A stretch of 64,000 bases of DNA from a bacterium (GCA_043811375.1 JBDRNJ010000072.1:128001-192000), one strand, 5' to 3'. Positions 49,872-60,596 are shown, counted from the stretch's first letter. Notes: a model not told the origin generated them from the sequence alone. Numbers and translations: made by a program.

Positions 49872-51920
49872 TTGAGACAATTGGCTGTTATCCTGGTCAG
49901 CGCCCTCTGTATCGGCCCGGTCCGGTCAGAGGTAGGCATTCATATCGAACGGGCCATGTGTGCTTATCCGGGGAACCAGATTTCGGTTGCCATCACTCTG
50001 GAGAACCCGCCGCCGGCTCTCGAGCTGGGCGGTTTTGACCTGATGTTTGTATATGACTCAACACTCCTGCTGCAGACCGTGACGATGGGACCACTCCTGA
50101 CCGGCTGCCAGTGGGAGTATCTTGACTACATCACCTGCGGCACCTATTGTGCTCGGATTGTAGCCATAGCCGATATCGCCAACGGTTCCCATCACCCGAC
50201 CTGTTATGCTGATTCCTCGGGCATACTGGCCGAGGCAACTTTCCTGGTAACCAGCGCACCGCCATCGGGCAGCGAGTTTGAGGCCATAAGATGGATGTGG
50301 ACCGACTGCGGGGACAATGCCGTCTCATCACGGACCGGCGATACGCTATATGTTTCTGATGATATCTTCCATTTCGACGGCAATTATGAATACTTGATCA
50401 CATTAGACACTACTCTGCCGACTCCCACCGGCGTCCCCGACGCTTGTCTTTCAGGCGGTGGCGGTATAGAACGGGCAATTGATTTCTATGGTGGCGGAAT
50501 TGAAGTTATGACCACCGATACCCGGCCGCCGGTTGCCTATTGTCCGGCTGATATCACAGTCGGCAACGATCCCGGCCTGTGCGGAGCGACGGTCGCCTTC
50601 GAAGCAGACGCCAGCGACAACTGTCCCGGTGTTACTATTAATTGTGTACCGGCCTCGGGTACCTTCTTCTGGGCCGGTATGACCCGGGTAGGCTGCACGG
50701 CGGTCGATGCCTTAGGAAATACCGACACCTGCGGATTCTACGTAACCGTCCTTGACACCACCCGGCCGATTGCCGAATGTCCGCCCGACACCACAGTCGA
50801 CAACGACTCCGGTCTGTGCGGAGCAGTGGTGACTTTTAATACTGCCGTGATTGACAACTGTCCTGCTTCCATCAACTGCACACACGCTTCCGGGGCTTTC
50901 TTTGATATCGGGACCACTGCCGTTACCTGTGTCGCTGTGGACGGTTCAACCAACAGCGACATCTGCACTGCCGAGATCACCGTTCGCGACGCCGAACCGC
51001 CGATAGTCAACTGCCCGTCCGGCGTAACCATCGGCAATGACCCCGGACAGTGCCACGCAGTGGTAGACTTCGAGGCGTCGGCGGCGGACAATTGTCCCGG
51101 TGTGGAAGTGACGGTAACACCACCGGCGGGTTATTTGTTTGCAATCGGCACCACCCCGGTGCAGGTGGTCGCCGTGGACGTTTCCGGGAACGCTGATACC
51201 GGCTGGTTCGATGTATTGGTGGAAGATACCGCCGGACCGGTCATCACCTGTCCCCTTGATGTCGATATCCCCAATGACAGCGGTGAGTACGGCGCCGTTG
51301 CCGGTTTTGTCCTGTCGGCTGACGACAATTGCTCGGTGGCATCGCTGCTGGCGGTGCCGCCTTCCGGTACGTTGTTTCCCAATGGTACTACATTAGTGAC
51401 GATAACCGCTGCCGACCCGGCCGGCAACACCGACACCTGTGTTTTCAGTGTCATGGTGACGCTCAATGATCCTGACGGCGATGGACGGCCGAACTGGGAC
51501 GATAACTGCCCACAGAACTTTAATCCCGACCAGGTCGACACTGATAATGACGGCTGCGGCGACAGTTGCGACGTCTGCACTGATGTCGACGGCGACGGTT
51601 ACGGGGACCAGGGCGTCCCCAGTGACACATGCGCTCCCGATAATTGCCCTGACACCTACAATCCCGATCAGTCGGATGCAAATGGTGACGGTATCGGTGA
51701 CGCTTGTTGTTGTTTTGCTCGCGGCGACGTGGATGGTATCGAAGATATCAATGTCGCTGACCTGACCTGGCTGGTCGAGTATCTGTTCCGCAACGGCGTC
51801 GGGCCGCCATGTCCGAATGAAGGTGATGTCGACGGCAGTAGTTTCATCGATGTCGGTGACCTGACATACCTGGTAAACTATCTGTTCCAGGGCGGACCGG
51901 CACCGCCGGCGTGCCCGTAG
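49872..51920 (+). CDS. Secreted protein: cohesin-like N-terminus, four HYR-like repeats, TSP3-like repeats, dockerin-like C-terminus
   Basis: VAITLEN...LGGFDLMFVYD; four repeats of P...CP.D..V.ND.G.CGA.V.F...A.DNC...SG..F..G.T.V...A.D..GN..TC.F.V.V.D; DNCP..FNPDQ.D; GDVDG...DLT.LV.YLF. Confidence 0.82.
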   Translation: MRQLAVILVSALCIGPVRSEVGIHIERAMCAYPGNQISVAITLENPPPALELGGFDLMFVYDSTLLLQTVTMGPLLTGCQWEYLDYITCGTYCARIVAIADIANGSHHPTCYADSSGILAEATFLVTSAPPSGSEFEAIRWMWTDCGDNAVSSRTGDTLYVSDDIFHFDGNYEYLITLDTTLPTPTGVPDACLSGGGGIERAIDFYGGGIEVMTTDTRPPVAYCPADITVGNDPGLCGATVAFEADASDNCPGVTINCVPASGTFFWAGMTRVGCTAVDALGNTDTCGFYVTVLDTTRPIAECPPDTTVDNDSGLCGAVVTFNTAVIDNCPASINCTHASGAFFDIGTTAVTCVAVDGSTNSDICTAEITVRDAEPPIVNCPSGVTIGNDPGQCHAVVDFEASAADNCPGVEVTVTPPAGYLFAIGTTPVQVVAVDVSGNADTGWFDVLVEDTAGPVITCPLDVDIPNDSGEYGAVAGFVLSADDNCSVASLLAVPPSGTLFPNGTTLVTITAADPAGNTDTCVFSVMVTLNDPDGDGRPNWDDNCPQNFNPDQVDTDNDGCGDSCDVCTDVDGDGYGDQGVPSDTCAPDNCPDTYNPDQSDANGDGIGDACCCFARGDVDGIEDINVADLTWLVEYLFRNGVGPPCPNEGDVDGSSFIDVGDLTYLVNYLFQGGPAPPACP

Positions 51921-52059
51921 GGGCCATTCCGTACCCGGAAGTAGCGAGAATCGAATCCCCCTGTCGGCTCTGGAGCGGCAGCGCACAACCTGCTGCTAAT
52001 CAGTTGATTGCGGTAGAAACGCTGGCGTCGGACTGTTTGACGCTAAATCACAAAGATAA

Positions 52060-52088
52060 GATGTCGGCACCGGTCTGGTGCCGACATC
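52060..52088. terminator. Perfect hairpin between convergent genes (probable terminator or REP-like element)
   Basis: GATGTCGGCACC-GGTCT-GGTGCCGACATC. Confidence 0.55.
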
Positions 52089-52171
52089 ACTGTAATTGTA
52101 TAGTGGGCTGTCCTGTTCCGGATATCAGAGGTCCGGTTAAATCATTAAACAGCACACACCCTGTCTCTATA

Positions 52172-52462
52172 CTACTTGCTGACTGTCACCGTGCGTGAGG
52201 AAACCGTTATTAGCCCGGTAAATATGTTCATGATGAAATCCAGGGCGGACTGCTCAGTCTTGATTGTGTAATCATTTTCACCGGCAGCCATGACGTCAGT
52301 CTCCACATTGTTCAGCGGAACGATACCAAAGAGAATGTACCATTGACGCTCTTGCGAAGTTTCATTCCCCTGGGCACCACCACCGACAACGTGGGTATGG
52401 GCGGCACAGCCAACTATGAACACCATCACAGCCAGCATGAACACTGCTACAACCTTTCTCAT
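52172..52462 (-). CDS. Bor-family small lipoprotein
   Basis: FIVGC lipobox; QWYILFGIVP...SRTVTV pattern. Confidence 0.65.
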   Translation of the reverse strand: MRKVVAVFMLAVMVFIVGCAAHTHVVGGGAQGNETSQERQWYILFGIVPLNNVETDVMAAGENDYTIKTEQSALDFIMNIFTGLITVSSRTVTVSK

Positions 52463-52465
52463 TCC

Positions 52466-53089
52466 TTATCCTCCTTGATGAAGTGGTTTGAGGGTTCCTA
52501 TTGATGATTCCAACGATTTGATCATTGTGGCATACACGGCACGCGGCACAACATACTGCAATTCAAGCGCGTCCCCTTCCGATGAAAGGCAGAGCAGTTG
52601 AAATCGCACGTGCACGCTGTCGGTAATGATAAAGTTCTTCACGTAAATGCTGTCAACCCAATAATCCCCGACCCTGACATTGTCGTTGCCGTATTCCGCC
52701 AGCACAGCCTGACGATATTTGTCTATAAAAATCGACGTATCCGCTGTCAGATTCAGCCCGTCCACTGTCGAGACTATCAAACCGGAGCTGTGTTGTTCAT
52801 CGAAAAAGAACCGGATGAACTCTATCATTCCCTCCGGGCTAACCTCTTGCGTAAACCTCGTATGGAGGATTTCGAAAAGAGAGTCAGGAATGGGCACAAA
52901 ATCGACCGGGGGGTGAAAACTTTTCCGGGCGGTAGCTACTTCACAAATCGGTCCCAGAAGAGAGTCCACAACATCAAAGCTCAACTGTTGCGCGGTTGAC
53001 TGATCACTACCGGAGGAATGACACCCTACGATAAGCGGCAACAACAACAGAAGCGCTTTACGCCCAAGATTATCCCACTGCACTTTCAT
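52466..53089 (-). CDS. Hypothetical lipoprotein
   Basis: LIVGC lipobox; co-oriented with the Bor-like gene. Confidence 0.6.
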   Translation of the reverse strand: MKVQWDNLGRKALLLLLPLIVGCHSSGSDQSTAQQLSFDVVDSLLGPICEVATARKSFHPPVDFVPIPDSLFEILHTRFTQEVSPEGMIEFIRFFFDEQHSSGLIVSTVDGLNLTADTSIFIDKYRQAVLAEYGNDNVRVGDYWVDSIYVKNFIITDSVHVRFQLLCLSSEGDALELQYVVPRAVYATMIKSLESSIGTLKPLHQGG

Positions 53090-53273
53090 CAAGTATAATT
53101 ATCAGATTGTGCATAGGTTATTGTCAAGTTGTATTTCTTGTCAATCAGCATTACCGAGGCTTGAAAAAGCTGGCTTTTGGTCGATTTTTTGTATAAATAG
53201 CGTGTCGATTGGACCCGATCACACCCCGGTCAGAATGTTGCCGGGGCTTTCGTGTTCGAAAAACAGGAGCCGT

Positions 53274-56200
53274 ATGTACGAAGCGTCACAGACAGAAACA
53301 ACTTCGTCACACACTACCGGATCGAAGCTTGGTACAATTCTGAATCGCTGGAACCGCTACCAGCCGGTGGTCGATCTGTGTCACGCTCTCACCGACGAAA
53401 CTACCGCCCACCTGACAGTAACCGGACTGTCCGGTTCATCCGAAGCGTTCCTGCTCAATGCCATTACCGGTCAGACGGACAGCCCGATCTTGATTATCGT
53501 GGAGAACTCCGAACAGGCCAGTGACCTCTACGATGATCTGAGTTTTCTGATGCCGGCGGGACAGGTGGGTCACTTCCCCGCCCGGCAGATTCTGCCTTAT
53601 GATTTCCGCGCGCCCGTGGGTGAAATCATGGGGCGGCGCATTTCAACGCTGGCCGGTCTGGCCGATGGTGAGTTGCGAGCGGTTGTCTGTCCCGTGCGGG
53701 CTCTGCTGGAACCGACCCTGGCCCGCGATTACCTGCAGTCGGGCCGTATCAACCTCAGGATAGGTCACGAGACCGATCTGGACGACCTTGTTCAGCGCCT
53801 TTTGACGCTCGGTTTTCGTCGAGTACCGGTGGTGGAAGAAGTGGGCGATTTCGCGCTGCGCGGTGGTCTGGTAGATTTCTTTACACCCGGCGCCGCAGCA
53901 CCGGTGCGAGTCGAGTTCTTCGGCGATGTGGTGGATACCATCCGCGAATTTGATGTCGCTACCCAGCGCACTATTCAAAAGGTGAACACCGTTTCCCTGC
54001 TGCCCAAACGGGAAGTGCCCATCACCCAGGAGACGCTGGAAGAGTACCTGTGCCATATTCCCGAAGATGATGCCGACTTTATCCGATCACGCTACCTCAA
54101 CGACCCGGAACTGCCCGGGCTGGAGTGGTTGTCGGTTATGTTTGGCATGAAACAGGGCTGCCTGCTGGATTATTTTCCCGAAAACGGCATTGCCTATCTT
54201 CAGGGCGAGGGAATCCTGAAAGCGGAGGCGGCGGCGATCCTCGACGAAGCGCACTCTCTCTACGAACGCCTGAAGGGACGTATCACCTCCCTGCCTGTTC
54301 CTGAAAGCTACTACCACTCACCGGAGGCTTTATTTGCGGCTATTGACGGTCACCGAAAGATCGACCGGGTGCCGTTCCGCGGTGGGCGCGCACATATAAT
54401 TGATTTCCAGTGCCGGTCCCACCCGGCGTTTGGCTCCCGGCTGGATCTGCTGTTGAAAGAGACGGCTCAATACGACGCTGCCGGAGTTGACTATTTCATT
54501 GCCGTCGACAGCGAAGGACAGGCTGCACGCCTGGGTGAACTGATTGCCGAACGGGTCGGTCTGGAAAGTCCGCCGTTGATCGAGAAGGCCGATCTGAGGA
54601 GTGGCTTTGTCTGCCGGTCGGGCGGTTTTACCATCCTGACCGACCATGAGACATTCGGCCGTCACCACCGCCGCGTGCGCCGCAAGCAGTTCAAGGAAGG
54701 GGTGGCGATATCGAATTACTCCGACCTGCTGCCAGGTGATTTTGTGGTTCACACCTCGTACGGTATCGCTCTTTACGTTGGACTGAAAACGATTACCGTC
54801 GACAATCGCAGCCGCGACTGCCTGCTGCTGCAATACGCCGACAACGACCGCCTGTACGTGCCTATCGAAGAATTCAACCGGGTCTCCAAGTACTCCGGCA
54901 AAGACACCGCACCGGTCCTGACGCACCTGGGCGGACCCGGCTGGGACAAGCTCAAGAAAAAGACCAAAAAAGCCATCGCCGACATGGCGGCGGACCTGCT
55001 GAAACTGTATGCTTCGCGGAAGGACCAGCCGGGCTTCTCTTACGGCGAGGATACCGTCTGGCTCAGACAACTGGAAACGTCATTCACCTATCAGGAAACT
55101 CCCGATCAACTCAAGGCGATCAATGATGTCAAGTTCGATATGTCTCAGAACAAACCGATGGATCGGCTGGTTTGCGGAGACGTCGGCTACGGCAAAACCG
55201 AAGTTGCGGTGCGGGCGGCGTTCAAGGCGGTTGAGCAGGGAAAACAGGTGGCGGTGCTGGTGCCGACGACGGTGCTGGCGCAACAGCACTTTCATACTTT
55301 TTCCGAAAGGCTGCACGAGTTCCCGGTGAAAATCGAAATGCTCTCCCGCTTCCGCAAACGCAAGCAACAACTGGAAATCATCAACCAACTGGCTGAAGGT
55401 ACGGTTGACCTGGTCATCGGCACGCACCGATTACTGTCGAAAGATGTCTACTTCAAGGACCTGGGGCTGCTGGTGGTTGACGAGGAGCACCGCTTTGGGG
55501 TCCGGCATAAGGAAAAGCTGCGGCAGCTGAAAATAACCGTCGACACCATCGCCATGTCGGCCACGCCAATCCCGCGCACGCTGCAGATGTCACTGATGGG
55601 CGTGCGCGACATGAGCCTGATCCATACCTCCCCCAAGGATCGCCTGCCGATCATTACCGACATTGTGGAGTTTGACCCGGCTATCATTGCTACCGCCATC
55701 CTGCGTGAGATCGATCGTGGCGGGCAGGTCTTTTTCGTGCACAACCGGGTGCAGACGATTCAGTCGATGTACCGCTACTTGAAAAAGATCGTCCCCCAGG
55801 CGGAGATCGCCGTCGCCCACGGGCAGATGCACGAACGCTCATTGGAAGGGATCATGCTGGCCTTTCTGGCCAAACAGTACAACGTCCTGTTGTGCACGGC
55901 GATTATCGAGTCGGGACTGGACATTCCCTCGGTCAACACGATCATCATTCATCGGGCCGACCGCTTCGGACTGGCGCAGTTGTACCAGTTGCGCGGGCGG
56001 GTCGGCCGCAGCGCTGTTCGCGCTTATGCCTACCTGATAACGCCGCCGGTCAAAACGATGAAAGCGGACGCCATCAAACGGCTGCGGGCGCTGGAAGCCC
56101 ACTCCGATCTCGGTTCCGGGTTTGCGCTGGCCATGCGCGACCTGGAGATTCGCGGCGCCGGAACTGTCCTGGGGGCGCGGCAGTCAGGCTTCATCGAAGA

Positions 56201-56714
56201 GATCGGGTTCGACATGTACAACAAACTTCTCGAAGAAGCTGTCGCCGAACTCAAGGGAGAACAACTCAAACGCCCTCCCGACACCAAGCTGGAAATTGAC
56301 ATCGAGATTCACCTCAGCGACCGGTACATATCTGACCGCCGGCAGAAGGTCGATATCTACCGTCGTCTCGCCAATGCCGGCACGCTCGACGAAGTGGAGA
56401 ATATACGAGACGAAGTCTCCGACCGCTTCGGCAAACAGCCGCAGTCGGCGGTGAACCTTTTTGACGCGGCAGCGGTCAAGATATCGGCGGCGGCGCTGGA
56501 GATCGAGAAGGTCAAGCTGCGTGACGGCATGGTCAACCTTTTCTTCAAGGAAGGGCGTCCGATCACCCGCGACGAGGTGCAGGCGTTTCGCAAAGGGACC
56601 GACCGTCCGCTGGAGTTTTCGTTAGCCGGTCGGTCACAAGTGATTCTTGATCTGTCACAACTCCCCATCACCGGACGCCTGCCGCATCTGAGAGGGATGC
56701 TGGGGAAGGTGTAG
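53274..56714 (+). CDS. mfd: Transcription-repair coupling factor
   Basis: UvrB-like N-terminus, RGGLVDF, CarD-like RID, CGDVGYGKTEV, VDEEHRFG, SATPIPRT, QLRGRVGR, DLEIRGAG; AGGAG before ATG 53274. Confidence 0.97.
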   Translation: MYEASQTETTSSHTTGSKLGTILNRWNRYQPVVDLCHALTDETTAHLTVTGLSGSSEAFLLNAITGQTDSPILIIVENSEQASDLYDDLSFLMPAGQVGHFPARQILPYDFRAPVGEIMGRRISTLAGLADGELRAVVCPVRALLEPTLARDYLQSGRINLRIGHETDLDDLVQRLLTLGFRRVPVVEEVGDFALRGGLVDFFTPGAAAPVRVEFFGDVVDTIREFDVATQRTIQKVNTVSLLPKREVPITQETLEEYLCHIPEDDADFIRSRYLNDPELPGLEWLSVMFGMKQGCLLDYFPENGIAYLQGEGILKAEAAAILDEAHSLYERLKGRITSLPVPESYYHSPEALFAAIDGHRKIDRVPFRGGRAHIIDFQCRSHPAFGSRLDLLLKETAQYDAAGVDYFIAVDSEGQAARLGELIAERVGLESPPLIEKADLRSGFVCRSGGFTILTDHETFGRHHRRVRRKQFKEGVAISNYSDLLPGDFVVHTSYGIALYVGLKTITVDNRSRDCLLLQYADNDRLYVPIEEFNRVSKYSGKDTAPVLTHLGGPGWDKLKKKTKKAIADMAADLLKLYASRKDQPGFSYGEDTVWLRQLETSFTYQETPDQLKAINDVKFDMSQNKPMDRLVCGDVGYGKTEVAVRAAFKAVEQGKQVAVLVPTTVLAQQHFHTFSERLHEFPVKIEMLSRFRKRKQQLEIINQLAEGTVDLVIGTHRLLSKDVYFKDLGLLVVDEEHRFGVRHKEKLRQLKITVDTIAMSATPIPRTLQMSLMGVRDMSLIHTSPKDRLPIITDIVEFDPAIIATAILREIDRGGQVFFVHNRVQTIQSMYRYLKKIVPQAEIAVAHGQMHERSLEGIMLAFLAKQYNVLLCTAIIESGLDIPSVNTIIIHRADRFGLAQLYQLRGRVGRSAVRAYAYLITPPVKTMKADAIKRLRALEAHSDLGSGFALAMRDLEIRGAGTVLGARQSGFIEEIGFDMYNKLLEEAVAELKGEQLKRPPDTKLEIDIEIHLSDRYISDRRQKVDIYRRLANAGTLDEVENIRDEVSDRFGKQPQSAVNLFDAAAVKISAAALEIEKVKLRDGMVNLFFKEGRPITRDEVQAFRKGTDRPLEFSLAGRSQVILDLSQLPITGRLPHLRGMLGKV

Positions 56715-56726
56715 GGGAATGCGACT

Positions 56727-56809
56727 GTGAACCGCGATCGCAGATCGCGGCCACACAGACCGGCGTTGGAGCAGCTACATGTAGGGCAGGTCTCGAAGAG
56801 ACCTGCCAA
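56727..56809. repeat. Pair of REP-like palindromes downstream of mfd
   Basis: Copies of the elements at 19264-19295 (inverted) and 15783-15815. Confidence 0.75.
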
Positions 56810-56984
56810 GTCAACCTACCCCACCTTCATATTATCAATCAACCGCACGCGGTGTAGTTTCCACCGCCAGGGAACAGATGGTGCTCTTGACCACTCTCTT
56901 TACCGGCGTCAGTGAGGTAAAATCAACTACAACTGCAGAAACACAAGGGCTTCCGCACTACGGCCATTGATCCGGCACTGCCGG

Positions 56985-58304
56985 TTACTTAAACGCACCC
57001 CAGACCGGGTTGGAGCAGTTACCGCTTTTGGTCACGCGGCGCTGGTTACGGCCGGTGATGTCCATCGTGTACAGATCACGCGGACCGAGCCGGGTCGAAG
57101 AAAAAATGATATGTTTGCCGTCGGCTGAAAAATGCGGGTTCTCGTTGGCGCCGACTTCGGTCAAAATCCGGTAATCGTGACCGGAAGTAGCTATCGACGC
57201 AATATCGAAGCGCCCCGACTTGGTGCGGCTGACAAAAGTGATACGATGGCTGCGGTGGGACCAGACGGGGGAATCATTGTAGCTACCTTCGTAAGTAAGA
57301 CGTCGAACGTTCAGTCCGTCGGCATCCATGATGTATATCTGCGGACGACCGGAGCGATCGGAGGCAAAGGCGATCTCCTGCCCGTCGGGCGACCAGGTCG
57401 GCGAGGTATCGATAGACCAGTGGTAGGTCAGACGCTTGATGATTTTCCCCTCAAGGTTAAGCACATAGATTTCGGAGTTGCCGTCGCGGGTCAGTACGCA
57501 GGCAATCTTGTTGCCGTCGGGTGAAATCGCCGGCGCCGCCACAATGCCGGGAAAACTGGTCACCCGGGAAATCTTGTCGCTGTAAACATTGACCTTGTAC
57601 AGTTGCGGGTCACCATCCATATAGCTGGTGAAATAGACTTCCTCCCCGTCGGGCGTAAAAAACGGCGAAATGCTGATGGAACCGACATCGGTCAACTGGC
57701 GTTCGCTGGCGCCGTCGAAATCGGCGACAAACAATTCTTTACCCTCGCCCACTTTTTTAGCGTAGACAATCTTGGTCCGGAAGATGCCCTGCTCGCCGGT
57801 CAGGGTGTGCACGATTTCATTGGCGACATCGTGTCCCAGCTCGCGCCAGGAGGTGCGGTGCTGCTCCAGTGTTCCCCGGGCAAACTGCTGCTTGCGGACG
57901 GTATCAAACAGTCGCCAGCGGACGCGCATGTTGGAGCCGGGGAACTCCGCCTCAAGTCTGACAAGATAGGTTGCCCCCAATCGCTGCCAGCCCAGCAGGT
58001 CCAGATCTGCAATCTCGTAGACTCTCATATAAAAGGTGTCAATCGGCACCAACTCGAAGTCGGCGTAGAAATCAACATCGAACTGCACGATGCGGGTGGT
58101 GTAGGCCATCAGGGTGGAATCGTCCGGCCCGATGTAACGGCTACCTATATAACGCATCTCGTCGACGCCAATCAGCGTCGCTTGCACATCGCCGGTACGC
58201 AGTGTGTCAAAGAAGACGTTGCGGACGTTTTCCTGCTGGGCGGTCACAACACCAACCGGGAACAGGGAGATTGCCAGTAACAATGCAGTCATTCTAAGAA
58301 GCAT
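56985..58304 (-). CDS. tolB: Tol-Pal beta-propeller protein
   Basis: TolB_N-like region, LTGEQGIFRTKIVY, PD40 repeats (P.WSPDG..IAF.SDRSG.PQIY). Confidence 0.9.
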   Translation of the reverse strand: MLLRMTALLLAISLFPVGVVTAQQENVRNVFFDTLRTGDVQATLIGVDEMRYIGSRYIGPDDSTLMAYTTRIVQFDVDFYADFELVPIDTFYMRVYEIADLDLLGWQRLGATYLVRLEAEFPGSNMRVRWRLFDTVRKQQFARGTLEQHRTSWRELGHDVANEIVHTLTGEQGIFRTKIVYAKKVGEGKELFVADFDGASERQLTDVGSISISPFFTPDGEEVYFTSYMDGDPQLYKVNVYSDKISRVTSFPGIVAAPAISPDGNKIACVLTRDGNSEIYVLNLEGKIIKRLTYHWSIDTSPTWSPDGQEIAFASDRSGRPQIYIMDADGLNVRRLTYEGSYNDSPVWSHRSHRITFVSRTKSGRFDIASIATSGHDYRILTEVGANENPHFSADGKHIIFSSTRLGPRDLYTMDITGRNQRRVTKSGNCSNPVWGAFK

Positions 58305-58305
58305 T

Positions 58306-58989
58306 TCAGTATCCTGAAGCGTATTTGAAGGGAAGAGTTATACCGATGATTTCGTCCCGAAACTCACGCGGCAATGGCGGAAACGGCGACGAACTCTGTA
58401 CCGCCTGCAAGCAGGCATCGTCAAAGGCGCCAAAACCCGATGACGTCTCCACCCGCAGCTCGATCAGACGCCCGGAACGAATCACCTGGAAGTATACCAC
58501 GCAGACCAGCGTAGCGTCGGAACCGACCGGATTGCGCCAGTTGCCGGCGATCTTATTAAAAGCCTGCGTGAACCAGTAGGGATAGTCAAAGGAAGCATTG
58601 TCGATAGTCGCTCCCTGAAAGGGTGAACCACCGCCGGTGGCTGATGATTCGATCTCCTTCTCACCGGCTCCGGCATCGGACGGCACCTGGCCGGTCGTTT
58701 TGGGCTTGGGCTTTTTTGGCTCTTCCTTTTTCTTCGGTTCTGATTCGATAACGGCCTTGGCGGCGGTGGTGGGGGCGTCGATGGGGATATCCGGCAACAC
58801 TTCCAACATCGGCTTGGGAACTGTAATAGGAGTCGGTTCCGACGGCGTTATCTCCGGAAGCGATGTCAACGATACCCGAATCACTTCACCGAAATCCTTC
58901 TGTCTCTTCAGATCGAAGGGCGCCGATACTACCGTAGCCATTATGATGGCCGCGTGCAGACACAGAGACAGGACTATGTCGCGCTTCAT
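58306..58989 (-). CDS. TolA/TonB family energy transducer
   Basis: TM segment with SLCLH, Pro/Lys-rich linker, TonB_2-type C-terminus (SSG...FD..CLQAV...PFPPLP). Confidence 0.85.
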   Translation of the reverse strand: MKRDIVLSLCLHAAIIMATVVSAPFDLKRQKDFGEVIRVSLTSLPEITPSEPTPITVPKPMLEVLPDIPIDAPTTAAKAVIESEPKKKEEPKKPKPKTTGQVPSDAGAGEKEIESSATGGGSPFQGATIDNASFDYPYWFTQAFNKIAGNWRNPVGSDATLVCVVYFQVIRSGRLIELRVETSSGFGAFDDACLQAVQSSSPFPPLPREFRDEIIGITLPFKYASGY

Positions 58990-58992
58990 GTA

Positions 58993-59430
58993 TCACCGTC
59001 CCGTTTGCCGCCGGTGGCCTTGCTCATGCTGCTCGGTCACCAGACCGATCGACTCAATACCCATATCTTTTAACCGTCCGATAACATCGATGGCAACACC
59101 ATACACTACCGCCGAGTCGCCTCGCAGGTAAACGCTGGAGGTGTTCTTGCTCCGCATCTCACGTTTGAGAGCTTCCTCGAAACCATCTTGTCGAGCCCAG
59201 ACGTCGTTGATATAAATGCCGCCCCTGGCATCGATGGTCACTACCACTCCTTCAGCTTCCTCTTCAATCGCGGCCGCCTTGGTCTTGGGCAGGTTGACCT
59301 CGATACCCGACTGCAACAAGGGAGCGGATATCATGAAGATAATCAGCAGCACCAGGACCACGTCTACCAGGTTGGCGATATTGATATCCGCCATTGCCCG
59401 GTACTGCCGTCGCACACGGCGCTTTTTCAT
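58993..59430 (-). CDS. tolR: TolR/ExbD family protein
   Basis: INIANLVDVVLVLLIIFMI, VNLP, LRGD..V.YG. Confidence 0.88.
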   Translation of the reverse strand: MKKRRVRRQYRAMADINIANLVDVVLVLLIIFMISAPLLQSGIEVNLPKTKAAAIEEEAEGVVVTIDARGGIYINDVWARQDGFEEALKREMRSKNTSSVYLRGDSAVVYGVAIDVIGRLKDMGIESIGLVTEQHEQGHRRQTGR

Positions 59431-60143
59431 CGGCTTTCCTTTTTAGCTCGCACCAGAAACTCCAGGATGAAATTGCTGCCGTAATCGTTGAGGAACTTCA
59501 TCTTATTGTTAGCCCAGTTAAAGGCGACCACAGCCGGGATAGCCGCGCCCAGACCGACGATGGTGGCCAGCAGCGCTTCAGCAATTCCCGGAGCCACCAC
59601 GGCCAGCGAAGCCGAACCGCGCTCCCCGATCGCCCAGAACGAGTCCATGATGCCCACGACGGTGCCCAGCAACCCCATAAACGGAGCGGCACTGGCGGTG
59701 GCGGCCAGAAAAATAATTTTTTGCTCCAGCCGACCCATTTGTTCCACCAGCGCCTTTTCCATAGTCATTTCGATAATCTCAAAATCGTCATCATCGATCG
59801 GACGGTGACTTTCCTGCAGCGCTCCCCCTTCGTTCTTCAGTTCGTGCAGTTCACGAAGTTCGTTATAACCGGCTGTATAAATCCCGGCCAGAGGTGAGTC
59901 TCGGTGAGACTTGGCCTGACCCAGCGACTCCGCCAGTTGGCGCGAGCGCCTGAAGGTCTGCTGAAATATCCGGTTATCGCTTTCGACATTCCGGAACTGC
60001 CGCCACTTGTGAAAAATGATTACCCAGCAAACAATCGACATGAAAGTCAGTGCCAGCAGAATGAACAGCCCGAAAGCCGATGTCTGTCCGATGATCTGCC
60101 AGATCGATCCGGTGAAAATACTCAGTATCATAACATTATCCAT
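59427..60143 (-). CDS. tolQ: TolQ/ExbB proton channel
   Basis: APFMGLLGTVVGIM, VAPGIAEAL.AT..GL.AAIPA. Confidence 0.9.
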   Translation of the reverse strand: MDNVMILSIFTGSIWQIIGQTSAFGLFILLALTFMSIVCWVIIFHKWRQFRNVESDNRIFQQTFRRSRQLAESLGQAKSHRDSPLAGIYTAGYNELRELHELKNEGGALQESHRPIDDDDFEIIEMTMEKALVEQMGRLEQKIIFLAATASAAPFMGLLGTVVGIMDSFWAIGERGSASLAVVAPGIAEALLATIVGLGAAIPAVVAFNWANNKMKFLNDYGSNFILEFLVRAKKESR

Positions 60144-60363
60144 ACCTGTTGTACGCCTGATGCGGTCGTTAGTTTGCACTCAGCCGAACCGACGGATGAC
60201 CGGATCAAACCGAATTGCGGCTCGAAAATAGGCGGCCGATCGGTGCCCGTCAACAAAAAGCGATAAAACAGGCGTTTACCTCAATTTATGGTTGACTCAA
60301 CAGCAGACCCGGCGCATCATCGGGCTGTTCACCTGAGTTGAAAATGTTGATGAAAGGAGTGAC

Positions 60364-60579
60364 ATGAAAAGAATACTGGTTGGCTCGATGCTGATCGTAC
60401 TGATCCTGGCAGCCGGTTGCGGCCAGAAACAGGACAGTCAGCCCGCAGACAAGGTCCCCACCGAAGTTAAACAGGCTGAAAGTATGGACAGCACTCGTCT
60501 GGATTCGGCTGCCATCGATTCTACCGTAGTGGATTCGATAGCTACGGAGACCACCGAAGAGCCTCCCGACAGCATATAG
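60364..60579 (+). CDS. Small acidic lipoprotein
   Basis: AAGGAG RBS; LAAGC lipobox; repeated DS(T/A/I) motifs. Confidence 0.7.
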   Translation: MKRILVGSMLIVLILAAGCGQKQDSQPADKVPTEVKQAESMDSTRLDSAAIDSTVVDSIATETTEEPPDSI

Positions 60580-60596
60580 TACGACTCACTGCAAAC

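Noticed and set aside
51921..52170. Possible tRNA/ncRNA in the convergent intergenic gap
   Set aside because: No cloverleaf or T-loop consensus; only isolated hairpins.
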